64,000 bases of DNA from Chara braunii (taxonomy: Eukaryota; Plantae; Charophyceae): positions 4,637,773 through 4,701,772 of the forward strand of contig BFEA01000004.1 of NCBI GenBank assembly GCA_003427395.1. Direction: 5' to 3'. This document shows, one piece after another, positions 49,701-62,114 of this stretch. Each line of letters begins with the position of its first letter. Positions within the stretch are counted from its first letter, which is position 1. The position numbers and the translations under genes were made by a program. The notes under the pieces are model-generated. The model had not been told where the DNA came from. It did no database searches and worked only from the letters and a program-made list of their open reading frames with translations.

Positions 49701-52700
49701 CAGTCAAATAAACACAGCCCTGGGTCATTCAGCTTAGAATCAATGCCCAGTCCTTGGTTGACCCAGTCAAACGCATGCAATCTGCCTTCCTCCCGCCTTC
49801 CCCCAGTTCATCCCTTAGTCTGCTTTCAATCAAAATAAACTGAAACTTAAGCTTCACTCTCACATATTCCTTTCATTTAGTCTGATTAAGTCCTGAACAA
49901 AAGCAAAATCATAGGGACAATCTCATGCATACATCAGTCAAACTAAAAGAGGAGATAGACAAACAGGGGTAATATGGGGTCATACAGATAGAGAAAGGTA
50001 TACCTGATGGTTCCCTGCCTCCAGAACCCCTCCTCAGTTCCGGCAGAGCTCCCGCAATCGGTGGGTTGACTCCCCACAGAGTCTTGGTGCGGTCCTACGG
50101 GTTGCAATCCCACTTGCCGCCTTCCTCTCGTAACCAACAGACTAGACTTAGAGTGAGGAGGGCAGAAAGAGATAGGCCGAAGACTCTCAGATACAACAGG
50201 GGTGCACACAGACTCGCAAGAGAGGACCTTGAAATCTCGAGCGCCTGAGGGCCCCGCAATGGTGGCCAGAATTGCAACAGCTTGGTCCAACGAAGTCAAA
50301 CTGTCGAGCAGCCTTCCCCTAACGGACCTCCAAATCGCGGTAATGCCGACTTGTCGTGGCGTTGTCTTGACTGACCAGCGACCGCTGTCTTGCCAAAGCG
50401 CGCCACGCTCAAACCGTAGCAAGCATGCCCGACAACCAGACCCCCTTGCTACTCAGTACATAGAGAGGGGGCAGCAAGGCGCTGCATGTCCAGACTCGCC
50501 TTTCTCCAAGCGTGGCTAGCGACAGTCCAATACAGCTCCCTACTCAATAGTCATACCGCAACGCCCGTAATCCGAAGAGCATCGGCTCTAGCTCAAGACC
50601 GCAGTGTTGCAGTCACCAAGATACGTGCCACTGTAGCTTACTCAGACGTTGGTCGTATACTTCGTCCACTTCAACTGATCTTACCCACAGAACTGTCGCC
50701 CTCGTAGCTGGTCCCGCTGCAGCTTCCGTTGGCCGAATGAACAGTAAGTCGGCCAACAGGTAAGTCTCCAACCTCGCACCGTGGATGGGCGATACTCAGG
50801 CCGGCAGGTAAGTAACCAAACCCCACCGTTCCCCTGCAATCACCTTGCTTGGCAGTATAAGGCCCATTCACGGTTGGTTGTTGATGGCGCGCAGGCTCGC
50901 CTTATGTCGCCTCCATCAATAAGAGCAACACTCCTTGTGCCCGGTCCGTTCCCCAGTCGGAACTTCAACCACACTGACGTCCCGCCAACTGTGAACGTAA
51001 CCGATAGCCCCGTAAGACTCGCCTCGCAACGCATGATCGGCAGGTACACCCGGGAAGGAACGTAACAGGACGGAGCAAGGTGGTCACACGGCTTCGCGAT
51101 CCGTACCACCTCAATAGCTAAGGCCTTGCTTCACAGTCTTTCCCACGGGACCCATGCTACCTTCGTCGGTAGGACGAACAAAATGGAATGAATCTTCCGC
51201 TAGAACATGGAAAGATACACGGCCAACTCCAGATTCGCCCTTTCCTGCGTGCACTCCTACGTCATATACCCACCTTTCCACTAACGTACTGACCGGACTA
51301 ACCCCTCTATCAGACTTGCCTACCTCCAGAGATGGGCGGGTTGCAAAATTTCTTACTTCCTTCGACGTCTGCTTGTCTCCGCCATCGCTCCCTCCGACAT
51401 CTCCACGCGGACCCTCTCTCCACTAAGTCTCTCCCTACTAACTACCCAGCCAAACCAACACTACTATCGAGATCGCCTTATCTAAGAACCCCTGATTCGA
51501 TCCTTCCCCCACTCGATTTCAAAGAAGTCGAGTGGTAATTCAAATTCTTCTTTCACTTCGTGCCTCTTTTTACCATATCTTTGCGCACCGTTTACGTCGC
51601 ACCGCACGAAAACTACCATTGTACTGCTAAATCTAACCGTGCCATTGTGTTCGCCCGGGGCAAAAACCCCAAACTACCATCTTCCCCTGTTCACTTTCAC
51701 CAAGAATCGAGTGGGATGTACCCCTTTTGTCCCTATCATAGCCATTCACTTCGTGTTCTCCACTATCTCGAACACCGAATGCACGTAGCGCGATCCCTAC
51801 CCAGATTCATTCGCCCTCTTCACTGCCCTGCTTCGCTGTCCTAGTGCCCGTCGTTCCGCTGCCTCGCCTCGCCCGTTGTTGTTAGCGCAACGCCCAACTC
51901 TCATCGCGGCCCGGTCCTACTTGCCCGATAGCCCACAGCAACCGGCACAGGTTAGCTTTCTCCAACAACAGCAGCGGTCATGGGAGGGTTTCGGAAGACA
52001 CCAGCTAGTCGCAGGTTCGATTAGTCTTTCGCCCCTATAACCCAAGCCCGACGGACGTTGCCTGTAGTGGTAACGTTATAAACCTCACGGCTCCGGCCCT
52101 AACCCGCGCCTATTGCACGCCAACCCAGCCAATAGGATGGTAGTCACGGAGGTTGAAATCCACTAGGGAGTGCATGGTAACCCTCCTGCCAAACCAATCG
52201 GTCCAACGCCTTATCGAATAAAGTGGGTGCAAACCTGCCATGACGCCTGCTGCGTCAGCCTAGGTGGAGCGAGTTCCGGAGCACATCTCGGTGGCAGTAA
52301 TAATTATTCACATGGTAACTTTAAGGACCGAAGTGGAGAGGGCTCCACAGGTGGGCTGCTACAGCGGCCTTCCCACAGCGTCCCGGGCCCCCCCTCCCCC
52401 GGGCACTGCTCACCTCTTCTAAGGTCCCGACGGACACGCTCACGCTCAACCTCTCGTGGCAGATCGCGGCTGGCCGCCGGTGCACTTGTAGCGACCCCCG
52501 CCATTCAGTTTTCTTCCACTGCATGGACTCAACCACCCACCTGCTCGCATGCATGCTGAACTCCTCGTTTCACGTTTTCAATGACGACATGATAGATGAA
52601 TTTTGCCAGCACCCCGAACCCACAAGGAGCCCATGAATCAACGAAAGGAGGCATGCGCTCAAGATCCTCGACCGTTGCGACGACCCCCAAATCCACCGTC

Positions 52701-53397
52701 GCGCTAGAGTCAAGAGCACTGGAGTAAAATAATAATAACACAACAATAAATAATAAAAAGACTATTTAGAAACTTTTAATCATCAGAATATGACGAACAA
52801 GGAAAAGGGAAATGCTAGCACAGTTTTGACGCTGCCGACGGCAAAACCAAAAGGGATAGCCCAACCGGGCCCTCAACCCCTCTGTCCCTTCGCGCTACTC
52901 TGACGTCCCCGCGTCGTCGCCGCTCGGTCTCGATCCCTAGATCTCTCTGATGAAAGTCCGATGTTGCAACCAATAATGCTAGGCCCAAGGCGGGGTAACG
53001 TGTTGGCGGACACCTATATAAACGAATATTGTGCAACGCGTAAACTTACCGAAACGTTTTAGTATCACACTGTTGTCGATGCCGTCCTCCGTACGTACGC
53101 ACAAGTCACAGGCAAGAGCATCCATCAAGAGACGAAATCCTTTTAATCCTAACTTAATCAGAAAATCAAAATCTGGTCGATGATTACGCCGATCCTTCAA
53201 TCATCAACAATTAAAAAGATCACACACGCCTCAAACCTACGCGCCTACACACTTTCTATTTTAGTCAACCATCCAGTCAACCTAAACTACAGACTCCGCC
53301 GCGCCTCGCGTGGTATACTTAAACTTTAAACCAAAGCTATTGTCTGTCGCTTGCAAAAACCAGGGTGGATACCCTTGTAAGGGTATTCGCACCGACA
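46731..53397 (-). mobile_element. Inverted solo LTR (~6.7 kb) of the long-LTR family, divergent subfamily, TSD GCGG
   Basis: GCGG|TGTCGAGCG ... CGCACCGACA|GCGG; reverse-complement colinear with 18960-26159 at both ends and over ~46.7-50.3 kb. Confidence 0.9.
49130..49755 (-). repeat. Hairpin array, solo-LTR copy (7 units)
   Basis: CATTC(R)NNTT(A/G)GAAACAATG-like cores at ~49143, 49236, 49348, 49444, 49552, 49664 and 49726, each with complementary flanks. Confidence 0.9.
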
Positions 53398-55314
53398 GCG
53401 GAAGGAAAGCGGACGTTGGAGCAAGTGGCGGGGATTGACTTGCCGATTCCAGATGATCCGACCAGAGATCCGGAGCCGCCGATAGAGGAAGATGAGCGCT
53501 GCGCCGCAGAGCGTCGCGCCGACACGGAGGCAACGGAGCCCGCTCCCCCTCCCCTTCTCCCGGTCCCTCAGTTCGAGCACGTGCCGATGCGGGGCATCCG
53601 GCTACATCCCCGGTCATTATCCCGTCGTCCCCTTGATTACCTTACACCCAGGCAAATCGACACCCTCCATAATCCTTTCCTCTCCTCCCTCTTCTACTAA
53701 TTTTACACTACCCGCCTCGCCGCCACAGTGTACCTGCATCCCACTACTCAATGCGTCTTTTCCTCCTTTTGTCTTCACATCCTTTTTTTCAGCGCCGCAT
53801 GACGGGATCACAATGTGATCGAAGTTTACTGCACGATCACAGGGACTGTTCTTGTGTGTACAGATCACGAGCAATTCCACGCAGTCGTACTTCGTACCTT
53901 TTCCACTCTCTATCCTGACTACCTTGCTTCCCTTCCCTATAGCAGCCATCGCTTCCCGCGTATACACCGCATCGTCAGATACCTCGAACTTCCCGGGACA
54001 GTAGCAGGGATGGCAAACTTCTTACCCGCACTCCCGAGAGAACATTCCCCACCCCCCGCATCCGCATTCCGATTCCCTTACCCCCCTCCCTCGGAACACT
54101 AAAGATGGGTGCAAGGATCAGGACTTGTCAGCAGGATGACTTCCACTCTCTTATCCTACGGTAATGACACGTGCACCTTGAAGAGATATGGGTGCAAGCG
54201 GGAGCTTGCACAAGATTGGAACCCCTTGCGCGTCACATATGTGACGAACCACTTTCTAAAACCGCACGATTTTCCGCGCGAAGTTGTTTTGGGGAAATAC
54301 GACGAGTCAAAGGGGTGAGCAGAAAAACCACTATCTAAAACCCCTTGTGAGTCACATATGTGACTGGTCGGGCGAGCAATTTGCATGGATGTCCTCGTTT
54401 CTTTTTCGTTTTTCTGCTGAGAATGTCGGATCGCTGTGGGAAGATCTCGTGCCAATGGTTGGAGAACCGCTCCTTAGCGAGCGTGAAGAATAACTGTACC
54501 ATAGCTTTTTCTTTCTTGTTCTGCAGTGGGCACTGGGATTTTGGCGCGATCATCGCGCGGGAATATCGTTTTTGAATTTTCAACTGGTGTCGAGCCCCCA
54601 CGGGCTCTCGGAATTGTTTTTCTTCGAAATTTTTCCTTTGCAATTAGGACTTAAGATAGGAATTTATGCGCGTTCTGGATTTTGTTGCGCGGCGCTCCCT
54701 GCTTACGCATGCCTTGTCGCGACAAGATTTGGGTTCTGATTTCTTTTTGCACCTTAATATTGCACGTATCTGTAAAAGTTTTGGCGGGTGTAATTGCAAC
54801 TGTAATCTTCTCGTTCTTGATGTCCTTCGCGCTCTTCCCTCTTCCCACCTTGTGCTCGCCCGCACATGCACGCCTTCTTCCCTGACCTGATTGGTTCCTA
54901 TGCCTGCATGACCGGATCGATGCACGGAGAGTGGCTCAGTCCCCTGCGCCGCGGCCCAAACATGCAGACGTAGGCACTTCCTCTTTTCTCCTTCTCATCA
55001 CTTGGGGCTAATCCCGCATCCCTCGCGCAAGCGTGCACGCTATAAATTTCGCAAGCGTGATTAGTTGGCTCTCTAAGGATTTTGAGGCTAGCGCGATCAG
55101 TGAGGGTCGGCTAACGAGCAAGTTTGGAAGGTAAGTAAGTGTGAGAGTTGGGCGATCCGACGAGCTGGTGTCGGGTATGCGGGGTTGACGTGCGGGGCCG
55201 CGACAGACTGTGGCGCACGGGCGAACCTGGCTTGCATGCTTGAACCAAGCGGGATGACAACTCTGCGTTGATATGCGGCGACGGACTGCCGGTGTCGGGC
55301 ACAGAGAGAAACAA

Positions 55315-55317
<3 letters not shown>

Positions 55318-55349
<32 letters not shown>

Positions 55350-55504
55350 NNNNNNNNNNNNNNNNNNNNNNNNNNNNNNNNNNNNNNNNNNNNNNNNNNN
55401 NNNNNNNNNNNNNNNNNNNNNNNNNNNNNNNNNNNNNNNNNNNNNNNNNNNNNNNNNNNNNNNNNNNNNNNNNNNNNNNNNNNNNNNNNNNNNNNNNNNN
55501 NNNN

Positions 55505-55557
<53 letters not shown>
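55318..55557. repeat. (GA)n microsatellite spanning an N gap
   Basis: Direct reading. Confidence 0.95.
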
Positions 55558-55559
<2 letters not shown>

Positions 55560-56101
55560 TGTGTGGGTACGGGATAAGGTTCTTTTTTGTTGTCTCCTTC
55601 TTCCCCTGTTCATCTGTACAATTTTGGATCATGGTATGACCGATTTTGTTATCACGGCCCTCCTCGTTTGAACTTCGCTTGTACGCCGTCTCGGATTTTC
55701 CTGTGATTTTCTTTGGTATGCATGCATGAAATGAATGTAAATTCCGTTTTATTAGTGATCTTTTAAGATTTCTAGCTCTGTTTTGCGATGCCTGTTTCGT
55801 CTCTAACCAATGTTTACTTGCGGGAGCTATACGCTCATAACTGATTGAAAATGCTCGTCTTGATCTCGTCGTTAACACTCGGAAGTGTTGTGATGAGTTG
55901 ATCGTCCTTCTGCGTCACATGTATGCCATGTAGTGATTGGTAGGATATTTGCACTTATGTTGAATGTAACCGGAACCAATCGGTTGTTCCTTACGAGTAC
56001 GCGCGCGCACGATCGCGATCTCGAGAAAGCTGAGTCCCCACGTACGTGCTCGTCCGCGTGAATCAGCCTTAACGCCAGGGGAATCGACTTACTAAACGGA
56101 C

Positions 56102-56596
56102 ATGGCTGCGAGATCTCCCTCCTGGACATCCGACTACGAAAACCTGAGGGACCCGGAATATCGCGAGTATTGGGAAGGCGGACAGCTTAGACTACGGGGA
56201 AACTTAAGATATCCGGAATTCTCCTGTCTGACGGAGCACAACCGACTATGCGCGGGGGATTTCCACTGGGCTATAACCAACGATCCTAGAGGGTCAGACT
56301 ACCCTGATCCGGACAGTACTCAATACTATATATCCCCGGGTTTCGTCGTTATCACCACCAACTTCCCTCCCTTCCATTTCCTCCTCCCCTATCACCAACT
56401 CACAGTGGTTCCGTGGAATTCCATAGCTCGCTATTGGCCCAGCCCGTCGTGCGAGGGTTGCCGACATTACCGGGCACGCCGGGCCTCGGGAACTACCCGA
56501 CAGACTAGAACCGAGGCTGAGCGTCGAATGCACAACCTCCATTTACGGCCCGCCTCGGCAGAATCCGAAGCCTGTTACAAGCAGCGCCGACACTAG
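56102..56596 (+). CDS. Hypothetical 164-aa ORF, possibly an accessory ORF of the host retroelement
   Basis: ATG-initiated, normal complexity, aromatic-rich with CEGC; no recognised domain. Confidence 0.35.
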   Translation: MAARSPSWTSDYENLRDPEYREYWEGGQLRLRGNLRYPEFSCLTEHNRLCAGDFHWAITNDPRGSDYPDPDSTQYYISPGFVVITTNFPPFHFLLPYHQLTVVPWNSIARYWPSPSCEGCRHYRARRASGTTRQTRTEAERRMHNLHLRPASAESEACYKQRRH

Positions 56597-59229
56597 CCGA
56601 ACCTCGCAATCGACCCCGAATGCGAAACCAAAGGCGATGGTGATTTCCATTTTTGAGTTTAAAGCGGATGAAATTGGGGTTCGTCGGCAGGAGCAATGTT
56701 ATGGGGATTTTGTTCGAGAATGCAAGAGTGTTTAGATCTGTCGACGCTAGGGGCGTAGAAGAGTACCCCGAGAACTTTGGTTTGGATGTACTGCACATGC
56801 CATCGGCCCTACGCTGCACGACATCTGCAGTTTTCCCGCTGGGCATAAATCACGAGAGGTGGTCTACCTTCCTTCTCATAAGGCTTAAAGCGCCAAGGCA
56901 CGATTTACATATCCCCTCTTGCGCTTTTACCCCTAAAACTTGCCACAGGAGATTCTAGTTCCGACCTGAGACTCCACCCCCACTTTCCTAAAATCCTTGG
57001 CACACCCCCTTCTTTGCACTTCCGGGCCCCCATCCCACTCCGATCGGGCCCCCATCCCACTCCGATCAGGAAGTCGCGTTGGGTGTGAGGTTGGGCGTCA
57101 CAACCTCCCATTCAACAAGCGAAAAGACGTTAGGTCCAAGTGTTTAGTCCTCGTACCAGAACTCGGCTGATCTCATACCCCCCTATGCTAGGGTTACAGA
57201 GCAACACAAACTTCCCCAGTACCGGCCAGCCTGATTCAGACGACAAAGAGTGCCTTCCTCCCTCAACACTCCCGATTAGCCACACGCCTTACAGGGAAAA
57301 AAAACCGGCATCAGCTACGTCGGACAACCTGGTTATGCCTTCCTCCCTCGGCATAACTCCCCAGACCTCTTGCTCTCCCAGCTTACAGAGCAAAAGCTCC
57401 AGCACCGGCCTGCGTCGTCCCAACATTGTCCTTCTGACCTATTGACTTAGACAAACGCCCCTTCCCCTGTTGAACCCCCCTTACTACCTCCCATCTTCCA
57501 GTTCTAACCTTCTCCTTCCCCCCTGCCCTTCTATCCACAATCTCCTTCCGCTGAGAAACCCCTTACACAATTACCAAAAATGAGCGTCCATCTTTTTTTG
57601 AAACCCATCAGAAAATTCCATATCAGCGCCCACTATTCCCACAGGGAGAGGGGAAGAGAGGGAAAAGCACAACCCTCTCTCCCCATGGAGACTTCAGCGC
57701 CTATTGAGGTCTCAAATACTTATAAAAGGGGTCACAAGAGCCAAAGGGATTACTCCCTTTCCCCGGTCATTTCAATTCCAATTGCATGTCTATTTACATA
57801 AACAACTACAATATACAGGGACGCTGGACCCTCTTTCCAGCAGGTGCCGCTCCCCACCAATAGATGGAGCCTCCCTGGCAATACTAGCGGTGCCTGCTCT
57901 TATCAGCACCCCTACCATCAGCCTGGGTTGTTTCTGGAAAAAAAAAAAAAAGGAGGTGTTGCTCCCTGTCGATAGATGGAGCTGCAGCAGCCTAAAAGCA
58001 GACCTTTGGAGTTCCCTCAGAGCGGCAAGCTGCCCCAAAATGTCTGACTTGAAAAAAAAAAAAAAAAAAAAGGCTCACAGTGCATCGGGCACCTGATGTT
58101 TTTTTTTTTTTTTTGAGTAGGCTACATTCTTCTCTCAATTTCACCTACCACTACTCCTAATTTTAGGCATACGGGGAACCCCAAAGCAGCCAGAACTGTG
58201 TTCATGAGAGAACATCAGGGGGCTCCTCCCGACCTGCAGGTGAGCGATACCGGCCAGGGGACAGCCAGTAGCATCAGGGACCATGCCAACAGGACCGATT
58301 CCTGTGCCTCCCCTCAGGTCCCCTCCCTTACGAATATCAGCAGACTGCTCAATGCCGATGTCCCTGCCCGCATGAAATACGATGAAGATGCAATAATAGT
58401 AGTATTATAATATCTCAGTTGGTACACCCAACGGACGTTGAAATACAGAAGTGAAGTTCGAATCCAGATACAATCAATGACCAGAATAAAATCTTTCTGA
58501 ATTACCTGGGGCTGTTCAGTGCAATGATGATATCTCAAGAGTGAAATGATAAGTGAAATATTTGCCCTGTTTCAAAGCAGGACCCTCTCGCAATGAAGTG
58601 CTTCAGCTTGGACTTGACTCCATGAGGGAATTGCCACAAGCAAGGATGGAGGCAGGGCCCCTGCTTGTCTTCCGAATGATGGCAGAATTGTAGAACGTGA
58701 GGTGGAGGGATCGAACCGTCATTCTTCTGCATGAATGTTCGCATATCGCTAGACACCATGACAAGGTTGGTACAACAACCCACTGCCTTTGTTTTTTATC
58801 AAAGGAACTTGCTGTTCTCAGAGGGGGGGGGGGGGGGGGAAGAGAGGCATGAACTGCTAAATCACGGGTACCCTCCACAGCTACCTTATGTGCACCCTCG
58901 AGTTGACCCGGGGCACGGACAGGCTTGTTGGCCTAAGAGGTGCCAGGGAGGGGGCAAAAAGAAAATACTCACCCAACATAGGAGGCGATTTTCCGTTCTG
59001 AACTCAGGCAATTAAAAAATCTGAAGCACTCATTGAGCCTTGGGCACTGGGCCCCTGTTCTTAAAAAAAGAAAAAAAGAAAAAAAAAAAGAAGAACTCGT
59101 GGAGATAAGGTACATGCTTCTGTTTGAAAGAAAGCGGAAAGTGAACTTATTCAGATCAGATATTGGGCATCAGATTCTGACCGCTTTGAACCCCGGAGCG
59201 ACCTTAGTCGACACAGCTATTGGAACAAA

Positions 59230-59280
59230 GCCGACGGGCTAGCTCAGTTGGTATACACCTTTCAACTGTTGGCCCCACAG
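59230..59280 (+). other. tRNA-like 5' fragment (A box), probable SINE head
   Basis: GCCGACGGGCTAGCTCAGTTGGTA; no complete cloverleaf. Confidence 0.35.
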
Positions 59281-59297
59281 AATATACAGGGACTGTG

Positions 59298-59334
<37 letters not shown>

Positions 59335-59335
59335 T

Positions 59336-59370
<35 letters not shown>

Positions 59371-59399
59371 AAAATTTAAAATTTGAATCCAGATAGATA

Positions 59400-60174
59400 C
59401 TGCATCTAAGGATCTAGCTCTAGATCCCTGGGATTGGTACTGGATTGGCCCTCGGCACCCTGACCAGATGCTCTCTCTCAATCAACATTCTGCCCTTATG
59501 GCTGATGTTGATTGGGGTGTCATGACTAAATGGCGACGACTAGGGATTCAACTTTCCTAAGTCAAACTCGCTGCTTTTTGGCGGTTACTACCCACCCTAA
59601 CAGTAGCAAGGCATGCTGGCTTACTTCGGCAGATTATGCATAATGCCACTCCCACTGCTGCTTTCTTGTATCGTCGACAAAAAAAAGGCTCTCATTTTTG
59701 CACAGTTTGCTCCACAGAACATTTGGTGGAAGATCAACAACACCTGTGGGTTACATGCAAATATGCTCGAGAAGTGTGGACAACACTTAAAAATGCTGCT
59801 CTCCTCCCTCATCATCACGGGACCTTTGGTCAAAGGATGCCCTTCTTCTGGGTACTGTACTATTGGTTTTTACAAAACCACAAGGCTTAGCCTGTGTATA
59901 TGAAACTATCAGGGCAACAGTGTGTTGGCATCTATGGCGGCATCTTAATGCTGTGGTCAGAAATGGCGAGCCTCCTTCGGTTCAGCAAGTACTTCATCGA
60001 GTGCAGATGGACCTTTGGCACATCATCTGCTTGGACTGGAGCAAAACGATCGGTCAAACACGAAACTTGCGCGCTGGGGTCAAGTGCTTCCACCGTCATT
60101 GGGCCTGCAACCCCTCCTTGGCATCCATTGATGGCCTTACCGGGGATTTCCAATTCGGTTCTTTTCTACAGTAG
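59400..60174 (+). mobile_element. 5'-truncated LINE (L1-like) ORF2 C-terminus with a zf-RVT-type finger
   Basis: FCTVCSTEHLVEDQQHLWVTCKYAREVW followed by VCWHLWRHLN, typical of plant LINE ORF2 ends; frameshifted. Confidence 0.75.
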
Positions 60175-61659
60175 ATCAACTCTTTTGCTCTTAATTCTGA
60201 TTTTCCTCAAATTCGCAGCCAGGAGGGTGCGCTTGTGTGGGTTTCATTTTTGTCATTTCATTTCTTTCTATTTTCGGTAAGGTCATGCAGTACAACTTCG
60301 CTAGGACGGGTTCGTTTGGGGTCTCCTACAGCAGAAAATAGGGTCTGGTTCCAGTCGTCCCTAAGACCGGTCGTAGGACAGGTTATCTTGTCAAGGTCGT
60401 TGCAATTTAGTATAGGGCGCCGTCCATTGTTTCCTTTTTGAGGGATACAGTTTTTTTCCCGTTGCAAACTGGGGGCGGGCTATATGGGTCTGGGGCCTGG
60501 ACCCACTAGCGAAGTATTCTACCATGTGTGACACAATTTTATGGTTTTTTGGAAAATACAAAGTGATTTTTTATTTGCATGGATGGATCGTTTTCTGATT
60601 TAAAATGAATTGAAATAGCACATAAAAGTATGATGAACAGCTGTGCACCCGAATTCATGGGTTGGTACGATCTCCTTCACGTAAGTAGTGATGTACAGTG
60701 GCAATAAAATGTGTCCACGAACACAGCCACGAGGATGAACAAGTAATGGGTATAGGGATACATTCATCCCCATGTATCTCATGATGCCTCTAACAGGCCA
60801 TCCGACGGAGGCGGAAGCTTTCCTGTCAGATCCACCACGACATCTCAATTTCACATTTCAAGTTCTATTTCTCAGAGCCAAAAAAAAAAAACCGAAGTCT
60901 GGAAATCAACCCCAGGCCGTACTGAGTCACTCGATGCCACACATGATCGAAATCATGAACGGCGTGGTAGAATACCTTGCTAGTGGGTCCAGGCCCCTGG
61001 GCGGGCAATTTGTGTCTGGGCAGTTTGGCTTTTGTTTTTTTTGCTCTTCTACTGCATCTTCCCAGAAATACAGTATGGAAGCCTTTTTTTTTTTTTTTTT
61101 TTTTTTTTTNNNNNNNNNNNNNNNNNNNNNNNNNNNNNNNNNNNNNNNNNNNNNNNNNNNNNNNNNNNNNNNNNNNNNNNNNNNNNNNNNNNNNNNNNNN
61201 NNNNNNNNNNNNNNNNNNNNNNNNNNNNNNNNNNNNNNNNNNNNNNNNNNNNNNNNNNNNNNNNNNNNNNNNNNNNNNNNNNNNNNNNNNNNNNNNNNNN
61301 NNNNNNNNNNNNNNNNNNNNNNNNNNNNNNNNNNNNNNNNNNNNNNNNNNNNNNNNNNNNNNNNNNNNNNNNNNNNNNNNNNNNNNNNNNNNNNNNNNNN
61401 NNNNNNNNNNNNNNNNNNNNNNNNNNNNNNNNNNNNNNNNNNNNNNNNNNNNNNNNNNNNNNNNNNNNNNNNNNNNNNNNNNNNNNNNNNNNNNNNNNNN
61501 NNNNNNNNNAAGCAATGAGTATGAGTTCTCAAAAGCATCCTTATCATTGAGTTGATCCAAGTCCAGGGCCTATTTTTGGTTCACTGGGAGCTTTGGCAAG
61601 TACCATTGGTGGTGTTATGTACATGCATTCTTATACAGGAGGTACGCTGTGCCTTAGTT

Positions 61660-61695
61660 TTTTTTACTTTAGCCAATATTAGTCTGCCAGGTACA
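61660..61695 (+). pseudogene. nad4: Short mitochondrial nad4-like fragment (NUMT)
   Basis: Translates [12 protein letters not shown], the conserved Nad4 LANxSLPGT motif; only 12 codons. Confidence 0.55.
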
Positions 61696-61791
61696 CCATT
61701 TTCCTAAAAGAACTCTTATTCAGCTTTGATCCGAAAGTGACTCCAATTCGCGTTGCACGAAATCCTTCATTGGAACGACGATTTTTGATAT

Positions 61792-61836
61792 GCCTTGCCG
61801 AGGCTAAGGTTGAGGGTTCAAATCCCTTTTTCCGCT
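61792..61836 (+). pseudogene. trnG: 3' part of organellar (mitochondrial-type) tRNA-Gly(GCC), NUMT fragment
   Basis: GCCTTGCCGAGGCTAAGGTTGAGGGTTCAAATCCCTTTTTCCGCT: anticodon arm, T arm and 3' acceptor strand; D arm missing. Confidence 0.75.
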
Positions 61837-61955
61837 CGTCAGCTTCCTTCGCTGCCTGGCCAAGAAAAGAATGGAGCCGACACCACCCCACCCTGGGGTG
61901 GGTGGGAAAGATGAACGCTTCGCGGCGGTTGTGTCACCAGAGGCCATTGGATTGC

Positions 61956-62114
61956 TCGTTATGGAAAGGTCCATTTGTAGATGCTTGTCTGTTGAAAAAG
62001 CATTCGCGTGTGGCTCGCCAGAGTTGGAAAATTTGGTCACGTAGATCTTGTATTTTGCCTAAAGTTGTCGGTTACTATGCACAAGTTTATAACGGAAAAT
62101 ATTTTGTTGGTTTA
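61956..62114 (+). pseudogene. rps19: Mitochondrial ribosomal protein S19 fragment (NUMT)
   Basis: [10 protein letters not shown]...[13 protein letters not shown]....VYNGK; lacks the start and the C-terminal GHKxGEF motif. Confidence 0.88.

Noticed and set aside
58580-58765. Possible host exon bounded by AG...GT
   Set aside because: No frame stays open across it and no recognisable domain.
61792-61836. Functional tRNA gene
   Set aside because: The 5' acceptor strand and D arm are missing; treated as a NUMT fragment.
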